A stretch of DNA of 64,000 bases from the human T2T-CHM13v2.0 reference genome, Homo sapiens, in NCBI RefSeq assembly GCF_009914755.1, contig NC_060937.1. One strand, 5' to 3'. The position numbers and the translations under genes were made by a program. This document shows, piece by piece, positions 53,715-64,000 of this stretch (position 1 is the stretch's first letter; every line of letters begins with the position of its first letter). The notes beneath the pieces are model-generated. The model saw only the letters and a program-made list of their open reading frames with translations, did no database searches and had not been told where the DNA came from.

Positions 53715-54425
53715 CAGTCAATTCTTGTTTTTCACAGTAGTTGTGTTATATAAAGTTGCTGAAAAATACTAAGTTGATGAATACTCTCCTGTAACCATTG
53801 CTTCTAGGAGAAATACAGGGTTAGATTCCCGTGAGTCTCTGATTATACAATTTAATTAACCCATTGTGTTGGTCTTTTTATGTTTCTATAACAAAATACC
53901 CAAGAATGAGTCATTTATAAAGAACACAAACTTATCTTCTTACAGTTTTGGAGGCTGGGAAGTCCAAGATCAAGGCATCAGCAGATCCATCTCTGGTGAG
54001 AGTTGCTCTCTGCTTCCAGAATGGTGCTTTCTTTCTTATCCTCCAGAAGGGGCAAATGCTGTGTCCTCACAAAGCAGGAGAATGGAGGAGTAAAGGGGCA
54101 AAAAGGGCCTAACCTTGTTCCCGCCAACCTTTTTATAAGGCACTAATCAATTCGTGAGGGCAGAGCCCTTATGACTTAATCACTTCCCAAAAGGCCTACC
54201 TCTTAATACCACAACAATGGGGATTAAGTTTCAACATGAATTTTGGAGGTTACATAGCCAAGCCATAGCCCCAATTAATACATAATATTGTTGTATGTGT
54301 GCTTTTGTTTAAAGACACCTTATTTGATATACATCGTTGATTCATCAACATTGGACTCATGGCCAACTGAATCATAATTCATGCCTAAATGAATCTTATC
54401 TAACCTAACTATTTTCTTCATAAGA
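53715..54425 (+). mobile_element. MER82 (TcMar-Tigger) fragment split by an MST LTR
   Basis: 'cagtcaattcttgttttt...ctaggagaaatacagggttag' and 'gtttaaagacaccttattt...ctcatggccaac'. Confidence 0.7.
53865..54270 (-). mobile_element. MaLR solo LTR (MSTD-like)
   Basis: 'ggaggctgggaagtccaagatcaagg...ttaagtttcaacatgaattttggagg'; TSD CCCAT/CCAAT. Confidence 0.85.
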
Positions 54426-57400
54426 CAGAAATAAATGTATATCATATTATATATGTTATTATATATGTTGTATGTACATTATATATGCAATTGTATATTT
54501 TAGAACATCATTAAAATATATTTAAAGAAAAAATGGTAATGCACATGTAATTAATATTAATACTTGAGTAATCTGGTTGAAAAGTATACACGAGAATTCT
54601 TTGTACTAATTTTTCAATTTTTCTCTAATTCTGAAATTATTTGAAAATCAAAAGTAAGAATTAAAAAAGTAAGGCTTTTCCTCTATGGTTTTCTGATAAA
54701 ATCCAAGAAGCAGCTAGGACAGGGCCTTGAATATGTTGAATAAATACTTCTGTAAGGAACGAGTGATTATTGTTAAGCAAAGTATCAAATCTACAGAACT
54801 AAGGTTAGAAATATTTCCCATAAAAATGATGGTCGAGTACATGGGAATTAATTATCTCTGTACATGAGGGAATGTATAGAGAAAGGTTAGTTTAGTGCTG
54901 CTGTGGTTTTCATCATTGATTAGATGTAGAAAATTCAAAAATATTTAATGTATTCTTCCTCCTATCATTTCCCACAATAATAAGTTGTGATTGGTAAGCT
55001 TATAGACTATCATAATTATAGTAATAGTAATTGTGCAGCAAGTAATGTTACTGATGTGCTCTTTTTTTAAAAGTACAACTTTGTCAACTATTTATTAAAC
55101 GTTACAGGCATTCAACTGACCTTTGTTTGATCTCAGATACAACTTGTGATGGCCCCAGGTTTGAAATAAACCTGGCCCAGGATTTTACTTATTCAACGCA
55201 TGTCATTTAGTATTCTGCCCATCTAAGCATCTTATTTTAGAATCAACCATATGGAATTTTGATGCCAAGACTTATCTTAATTCTGAGCTATCTAATAGCA
55301 TGGTAATTACTACAAAGCCATCAAGTACCACCAAACAATTTGCATTTCCTTAGGGAGTAATTTTCCTACAGGACAAATAGCAGTTGTCAAAGGACTAAGA
55401 ATAATTTTGTTTACAAGCACATATTTAGAAACCACTAAACAAGTATGAACATGTACTGAAGATGTGACTTTCACTTTTAAGTATTTGACTTTAAATCATT
55501 AAGCTTTAAATGCTTGTAATGAATTTAAAAAAAGCATTTCGGCTCTTCTGATGAGTAGTAGGAAATTAGGCCTCCGTAGTTCTTCTTGACCCATTAATAG
55601 GAATGTATGTTAAGAGCTCTTGTTTATTCTCACCATCTTGGTTATAAATATATTCAAAACCAGAAAAGAAAAAAATTTTTTCTTCAGTTCAGTTCAAACC
55701 AATTCAGTAATCATGAATCAATCACTTATTTGTGCAAGACACTATACATAAAGCTTTAAAAATATACTTACTGATTTCAAAATATTTTAATTCTTTTGCC
55801 TCTCATGGTGCAGCAAAGCACCAAAACTCCTACATGTGCCCCTTTGGACTGCTGATATTTTGATATTACTCAAATTCCTGATTGCTCTTTCTTACATGAG
55901 ATATTTTAGATCTAAAAAATTTAATTTATTGCTTCAAAATCACAACTTATTTCATCATAAACACCCAATATTGTTGTTCTGCTTGATTCTACAGAAAAAC
56001 TTTGGTATTATAAATAATATAAATTTGTCCATTAATACCTTATTAGAAAGAACATAAAAGATTTATCTCATCAGAGCCTGTTATGTTGCCGAAACTGCGT
56101 TTTCATTATTAGTTCCTGCTATAGAATTGACTTCAAAAAAATAAATTGGTATTTAAATTATGAATGGGTGTAAAATTTTTTGATGTTTCAGATTTTAGAG
56201 AGCCCTAATGTTCATTAAATTACAAAATAGAATTTTTAAAGTCAGTCTAGATGCCTCCTAGTAATTTAGCTTTTCAATTGGCCATAATTTTTGGCTTACA
56301 ACATTAATTAAAACACTCTTGTGCTGAGAGGTTTTTGCTTCCCCTGATGACTTTTCCTGGAATTGATGTACTTTGACAGAGTAGGGCCATATTGCAGTAG
56401 TTATAAGATGTAAAGCTGAATCGAATATGTTCATACTCCCTGAAGATTTTTAATAGCTCAACACTTTATCTGAGATGACATAATGGCTGTCAACAAGATT
56501 GCTACCTGAGACAAAGAATCACCTCATCAGTAGAGCCTATCAAATGTAGTTAGTTAGCTAAAACTCAACTTTATTATTTTTTTAGTATCAAGTTATATGT
56601 AACAAAATGAGGGACTTTTTTGTCTCTAAGACTAGTAATAAATGATCTTATAGAATAAGCATTTGTTTCTATAGTATCAAATAGAGATATGCCAGTTATC
56701 CAGAAAAAAAGAGTGGATAAAGGTAAGAGTAATTTACATATCTGAAATCTCCATGAGAACTCTAAGTTGCCAAAGTAAATGATCATAATTATTTATCTTA
56801 TTAGCACGTTGTAGATAATATTTATGATAAGATTAAGACTAGACTTTGAATTGACAGAAGCTTCTTAGCAAGTTAGTGAGTTTATCTGGTTTCCATCATG
56901 ATTTCTGCAGCTATCAACTGCAGTGGGATCTCCATCAACTGTGAAAGTGTCTCCCAAAGAATGAATGTGTCATGATACCACCAATTCATTTACTGCACAG
57001 AAAGACCTAAGAAGAAGGCTGTTTTTTCTTAACGCTATCTCTCATCAATTAATCTCTTGATACGAAGAAAAATCTCTTCCTTCCTTACAAAATTCAGTTT
57101 CTGAGGCTTTCTGGTTCAGAAAATTGTGTGTATCTATTACTTGATCAGCACTTTATTGTTTGGTCCAAATCTTCTCCAGATATTTATTATCCCACCTTGT
57201 AATCATTCACCTTATAGTCATCACAGCAGGATAGGGGTCATGCTACTAAAATTGCTATCTGGCCAAGGTGGTAGTTTATAAATAATCAGAAACTATCAAT
57301 AGAGTTTCAATTATCTGAAAAACCACTTTGAAAAGCAAAACTATATGGGAATATGTGAATTTTAATATTCATATTTTGATGCCTGCTTTTAAAATATTAC

Positions 57401-57704
57401 TGTTTACATATCTTATAGATAAAATATTCTCTCAAATGAATTATTTTAAGACAATTACAAAACATAAGGATTTTAAGAGAAAATAGAGTGGCAGTTCATT
57501 AAGTTCATTAAGTAGCCTCCTGGAAACCATCAGAGAAAATTAACAGGGTCAGCATAATGCAGCACAGATGATGAAGACGTGGAAAAGGATATATCAAGTT
57601 AAAGCTCTGCTCTGTGCCCTTGAACAAGTCACATATTTTTCTGTACTCTTATCTATATAATACATGGTTTGGACTTGCTTAAAATGCTTTCGATAAATTG
57701 TATC

Positions 57705-58110
57705 TTTTTTATTATTATTATTATTATTTTTTATTATTATACTTTAAGTTTTAGGGTACATGTGCACAATGTGCAGGTTAGTTACATATGTATACATGTG
57801 TCATGCTGGTGTGCTGCACCCACTAACTCGTCACCTAGCATTAGGTATATCTCCCGATGCTATCCCTCCCCGCTCCCCCCACCCCACAACAGGCCCCAGA
57901 GTGTGATGTTCCCCTTCCTGTGTCCATGTGTTCTCATTGTTCAATTTCCACCTATGAGTGAGAATATGCAGTGTTTGGTTTTTTGTTCTTGCGATAGTTT
58001 ACTGAGAATGATGATTTCCAATTTCATCCATGTCCCTACAAAGGACATGAACTCATCATTTTTTATGGCTGCATAGTATTCCATGGTGTATATGTGCCAC
58101 ATTTTCTTAA
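57705..58110 (-). mobile_element. 5'-truncated young L1PA (PA2/3-like) 3' end
   Basis: Near-consensus 'tactttaagttttagggtacatgtgcacaatgtgcaggttagttacatatg'; TSD AAATTGTATC at 57695-57704 and 58111-58120. Confidence 0.96.
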
Positions 58111-59894
58111 AAATTGTATCATTTTTTAAAAAAGAAATTGTTCAAATGTAGTTTGTCTTTCCTTTCATGGATATTAAAAATTGTAAAGAAAAAGTGATGA
58201 AATAGAAGGCTGTCTTCTCCAAAGTGGAGGTTATTTTGTTGGGAAGAAAATATGAGGCCGAAGAGTTGAAATCCTGTGATAACTACCCCATTTAATAAAC
58301 ATAATTCCTCCTTTAATGGATATCAAGACAGTCTATCAAATACTGGTCAGTCTAGGTACACAGAAGCACCAATTCACAGCATAAATGAATTATTTTGGAA
58401 CCACTGAAAAATGTTGATGCTTCTGCAATCTTTTTCCTTGAGTTCTAAAGGTCACAGGAAGGGCTCATTCACATAATTTCTTAAGCATTCATGGGATGCT
58501 GCTGAATAGATTCAGCTACTATCTTTGCCCAGTGAACTTTCAAAATCACCTTAGGTATAATTGTCTAGGAAGCCCAATTAGACTGGTATCTTCCACTGGA
58601 TCTCTTTCCCCATAGTTTTTTTTTTTTAAATATGGAAGTAATTTTTCCTTTCTTCTTTCTTTCCTCTTGTACTAAGTATTTAGGAATAGATTATGTTATT
58701 AGCTTTACAATCTTCTGTGGTAGTTGAAAAAAGGAGTAGGAAGACTGATTGTGTACCAAGTGGGCACTGAGGGAGAGGAGAGGTCCATGGATGGGCATAG
58801 TCTGGGTGCAGCATGCAGCTGCAAAACAGCACTCACATGTCCATGGCTGTACAATGTGATCCCACATGAGCAGTCCTGGCATCAGGGTGAATCCGAGAGG
58901 GATACAGAGGACAATTTTCTTTCAGCTGAAGTTTGCAGTCAAATCCCCAGATGGCAAAGGGAAGAAGAATCAGACAGATGAATGATAACCATAAATGTTT
59001 ATGGCCATGCTTAAGGCTGCATTCTGTGGGAATGTATTTTATGTATCAGAAAAGTGGAGATAAGCTTCCAGATATTCAAGAATGGGAAAGAATCTCTCTC
59101 ACTCACTAAAATGATATTTGAGGGTAAATCTTTTTATTCTACTCTTTGAGCTAAGGCAAAACTCACAGCTACTACTGGGAGAGGAAACATGTTGCCTATT
59201 ACAAATTATTTGGGTCAGATTCTCTCTTAATGGCACATTTTGATAAAAAGGATGAGATTGCAAGAGCACTTGGTTTGGGGACAGTGATTCATATAAAAAG
59301 AAGAAAGGACTGAAAAGTGGTATCTGAGAGCTGGGTAGATCTTAGAGATTCTTCTAAAAATTTGGTCTGTATATATCTGTAGATATTTTAAAAAATAAAA
59401 TATATGTGACTTTCCATGCAACATAAGTAGTTATCAATGTAGTGTATTACTAGGACATGGTTAGAAGAGGTATGGTTTATCTGGGATAATCATCTAGAAA
59501 GAATAGCAAATAAAATACCTAAAAAAAGAATAATAACAAGGGAATTGTCAGGTATTGAAATGTACTCTAAGGCTACAAAATAAAAATTTTTGTTGTGGTA
59601 CTGATGCCACCGATGCCAGAATTGACAGAGCAGTATAAGAACTTACTGGTTGAAAAAATAGACCTTATATGTATAGAAATGTAGTATATATATCACACAT
59701 ACATGATAAGCTTATTAAATATTCAGAAAGAAGTGATTAGCTTATGCATAGTCTTGAGGTAGTTAGTATATATGAAATAAATTAAGAAAAATAGTTATTG
59801 TTACAAAACATAGGTGAAAAATAGCAAACATCCTCTCAAATGCATAGCTGAGCTCTCAAGAAGGTAAGGGTATTCTCCAGATGCTGAAAATTAA

Positions 59895-60245
<351 letters not shown>

Positions 60246-60567
60246 GATGTTTTTTGTTGTTGTTGTTGTTTTGGCACAGAAAGACAGGAGATAAAGCTGT
60301 CAGACCACTCCTGGTAGAGGTTCAATGTGATGATGACATATAAATCTAAGACTTTTGATACTTACACCTCTAGAGAAAGGGTGGACTAGAAAAAAAATTT
60401 AATCTTTTGGTGTAGGGGTGTAACAGAAACTTGCCAGATTAGGCCTGAGTTCTGGGTGAAAAAATTCCCCAAAGAGTTTGTAACTACCAACATGGTCGCT
60501 TGGAAGTTCTTACTTCCTAAGTGGCCTAAGAAACCCCGGGCTGAGAATACAACAAAACAAAAAGTGA

Positions 60568-61058
60568 CTATTTGCACACCCATGTTTGTGGCAGTACCAT
60601 TTACAATAGCCAAGAGGTGGAAGCAACACAAACATGCATTGATAAATGAATGGAATAAAGAAAACATAACATATATACATATAGCAGAATATTATTCAGC
60701 CTTAAAAAGGAGGAAAATTGTGACACATGCTCCAATACAGATGAACCTTGAGAATATTATGCTAAGTGAAATAAGCCACTCACAAAAAGACAAATATAGT
60801 ATAATTCCACTTAAAGTATCTAAAATAGTCAAATTCATAAAAAGAAAGAGTAGACTGGTGGTTATCAGGGCTGAGGGGGGTATTGGGGAAAGAGAAATTA
60901 TTTAATTGGCATAGAGTTTCAGTTCTGCAAGATGAAAAATTTTGGAGAACGATTTCACAACAATGTAAATATACTTAATACTACTGAACTGTTCACTCAG
61001 AAGTGGTTAAGATAGTAAATTTTATGTTATGATTTTGCACAATTAAAAAAAAGAAAAG
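60568..61058 (+). mobile_element. L1MB-type 3' end (ORF2 C-terminus and 3'UTR)
   Basis: ORF translation ICTPMFVAVPFTIAKRWKQ...MNLENIMLSEISHSQKDKY; 'agagtttcagttctgcaagatgaaaa'. Confidence 0.88.
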
Positions 61059-61169
61059 ATGGGGGGTAAACAGTGACACTGTTTGAGAGCAACAATAGTA
61101 TCAGGAAAAAATCAATCCAAATACTCTTTGACAGGTGTGCCTTCAACACAGACTGCTCAAAACTCCCAT

Positions 61170-62620
61170 AAATATGAATCACAGATGAGTAGGAGCTCAT
61201 AATTTATAATCACAAAGATCATAGGAAATAAATTAGCTATTATCAAGATTAAACAAAATCAATGACAGAATATAATTTAATATATTCAAAATTTTAAAAA
61301 TCATCAGATTATTCAATAACAATGAAACTGTTACAGATCATGAAACAGATGTATTGAAATGCCTAATAAATTATGGGAAAAAATAGAAAAAGGAGAAAGA
61401 TTTATAAAAGCAAAGTAATATAAAAAATAGAACGAGAACTTCTAGACATGAAATACATTATCATTGAAATTTAAAATTTAATGGGTGACCTCAATGGGAT
61501 AAGATAATATTAAATAACTGGAAGATTGATCTGAGGAAATTTCTAGAAAACAGGACAAAACCTCAAAGGCACACAAAATAAGAAACAGAAATTAAGACAT
61601 GAATAGTAGAATAAAGACAAATGTACATCAAATTACCTTTAGAAGATGAGATCAGGGAGAATTAGGAAGAGGTAATATTTGATGAGATATATGTTGAGAA
61701 TTGTTTAGAATTGATTAAATTCATATTCTGATTCAAGAGACATAACACAGTTTACAACTAGACATACCACAGTGCAATTTCAGAACACGAAAGACAATGA
61801 GTGTGGGACAATTCTCCAGGTGGCCTTGAACAGCCCAGTATTCCCCATTTTCTTGCATGTATTAGCTTGGTGCAATTACTTTTAATAATTCTCAATAAAA
61901 ACCGTAGAATGCGCTGAGATGAAATATCCATAGATGAGGGGGAGCTGGCCATAACAGCCTCAGCTTTATTCCAGTCCTCTCATAGAACAGGAAGTTCTTC
62001 AATACTCTAGGCCAGTGAGTCATGTGACTATCAGAAACATAACCTCAAAGGGCTGCCTTTCAGGGTCCCTCATCTGCAGTGCAAGTGGGCACACACAGTC
62101 AAGACTCCATCCATCCTGTGCAGCGTTCTGAACCTTGGGGGACCAACTCACAATGAATTTTCAGCTTTGGTTGTCTCCTGCTACTTGGTTGTAAGTAATA
62201 AAATTGTTTCATGTAACTTGTTACATATAAATGTGTTCTGTCTTACCGGATTTAGACAAGTTGGTAACCAGTGCACAGTGAACCTGTTTCACAATCAGAT
62301 ATTAAAAGCACCAGAGAGAGCAAAATATCTAAAAGAATATATTATTTTAACAGGAGAATTCTCACTAGTAACAGTAAACCCAAGAAACAGTAGAATTATA
62401 TCTTTAATTTGCTGAAAGTATCAACCAATAATTATATTCTAAGCTACGTTGTCATTTAAAATAGCAATATAAAGACATTTTCAGAAAAATAAAAACTGAA
62501 ATAGCCCACCACCAATAAATGGCTTATTAAAGATACTCTAAATAATATACTTGAAGGAAGAAATTGAAACCAGAAAGAAAGTCTAAGATGCAAGAAGAAA
62601 TGGCAAAGAGACTGGTAAAC
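61170..62620 (+). mobile_element. Degraded L1M/HAL1 ORF1-like region interrupted by LTR47
   Basis: A-rich 'agaacttctagacatgaaatacattatcattgaaatttaaaa...ggaagattgatctgaggaaat' and 'atattaaaagcaccagagag'. Confidence 0.55.
61802..62293 (+). mobile_element. LTR47-like ERVL solo LTR
   Basis: 'gacaattctccaggtggccttg...gacaagttggtaaccagtgcacagtgaacctgtttcaca'; TSD ATGAG/ATCAG. Confidence 0.85.
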
Positions 62621-64000
62621 TGGCTAGTAAACCAACTTCTTATACTAAGCCTCAACTTTCCTCTTCATCTCCCTCTAGTTATCTTTTTTTGAATGTAATT
62701 CCAACTTTATTACAGAACATACAAATATCATTTAACTTTACCCTTTGAAATGTGCTGGGATATGGTTTATACAACCTAGCATACTGTTGGTTTTTTTAAT
62801 GTTCCATAAGCAAACAAATGATCAGATAGTCTTTACCTGAATATCTGACACCTGTTTGGTGTAGGCCCTCTATATGTAAATAAATATATATAAAATATTT
62901 ATATATAAAAGAGACAAAATGTAAATTGTTTTGTTCAAATTTCTATATTCTTCTTAATGTCTTTGTCTTTGTGTTCTATCAGTTACTAAGAGAGGTAGGT
63001 TAAAAACGCCAGCTCTGTGCTTTTGCTGTAGGGTGGTTGCATTGGGCAATAGTAGGTAAACATTCCTTCTGCAAACACTATAAAATACTGGACACATTGC
63101 AAAGATCATATAAAAGGTTTTGAAATCAACAAGAATTAGACTATCTAAAATTCCAGAGATGGAAAATTCATTCCTAAGTAAGTTAGTAATTTCTGTCTTC
63201 TTCCATGAAGTCAAGTGATAATTTTGAGTTTAGGCTGACTCAGACTTGGCACAAGCAGAGGGCTTCTGCTAGAGATGAGAACAATCAGAAGAGCATTTGG
63301 ATATCAAGCAGAGCTGGCAGAACAAACTAGACAGTAGAGAAGCCCCAATCACAAGGCTAATTTTACCCACAGTTCTTTATTGAGTTCTTAGGCATTGCAA
63401 GAGGGAGAGAGCTATGCTAGAGAGGCCGTGTAAAATCTACCCCAATTTTGTGGTGTGGAGGAGACAAAACTTCCTCTGAAGGAAGAAGGTCAGCAAGAAA
63501 CATATAATTGGTATGCTCTTAACATATTTTGAACATATTTGAAGCCAGGGCCTAACGAATAGAGCTCAGAATCTTGGAAAAAAGAATGTTCAATGTGGAG
63601 ACAAATTCCACCAGGCTTTCAATGGCCTTGGAGGGCCATATTCATGGAGGATTTCAGATCAGAAAGGCCTAGTGAAATTTCCTGCAGTTCATGGTGCTTA
63701 GGAAAAGTACCATGTCCCCTTCATAATATTTGCCAGATTTTAAATCTGTAAAAAGTAGGAGTCCAGAGATTTCAGTTCAAATCTCCAAAGGATGGAACTT
63801 CCAGGGTAGAAATAAGGGAGATCCATCAAGTTCTCAAAACAAACAAACAAATACATAAAAAACACTAGATAGGGATTAGGGAAGCAGGAATTCCCAAGGA
63901 ACAAGAAAAACTAAAGAGAAACTGAATTTTTTTCAGCGATATCTCCAATCTGTTCTTTATCTGATAGGTGAGATCAGTAGCTCACACTTTCTGCCTAACA

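Larger units (their letters stand above)
52218..54668 (+). mobile_element. Old L1MC/ME 3'UTR, host of nested inserts
   Basis: 'atcatgaggaaacatcaaacaaatccaaattaaggg', 'actgttctagattaaaag', and terminal 'ctgaaattatttgaaaatcaaaagt'. Confidence 0.65.

Noticed and set aside
60456-60905. 149-aa ORF
   Set aside because: Degenerate L1MB ORF2 C-terminus fused to unrelated upstream sequence

Overview
This is 64 kb of AT-rich, repeat-dense primate DNA that looks intronic or intergenic. The SVA element places it in the hominoid lineage, and its SVA_F-like diagnostic bases, recalled from memory, suggest human. I find no supportable protein-coding exon, tRNA/rRNA gene, CpG island or CRISPR array. ORF-track hits are Alu, L1, SVA or LTR translations or chance ORFs. 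The window is a layered record of transposition: about 11 Alus, MIR/L2 relics, several L1s, ERV1/ERVL/MaLR LTRs, hAT and Tigger MITEs, and microsatellites, many with readable target-site duplications (TSDs). The most notable structure is a TSD-bounded old L1 (41353-45153) that keeps its 5' end and about three ~220-bp tandem 5'UTR monomers, has lost most of ORF2, and hosts a young 5'-truncated SVA. A few repeat-free islands carry clustered transcription-factor motifs and are candidate enhancers. I see no evidence for a new biological system. Subfamily names come from recalled consensus sequences and need RepeatMasker/Dfam confirmation; boundaries of old elements are approximate.
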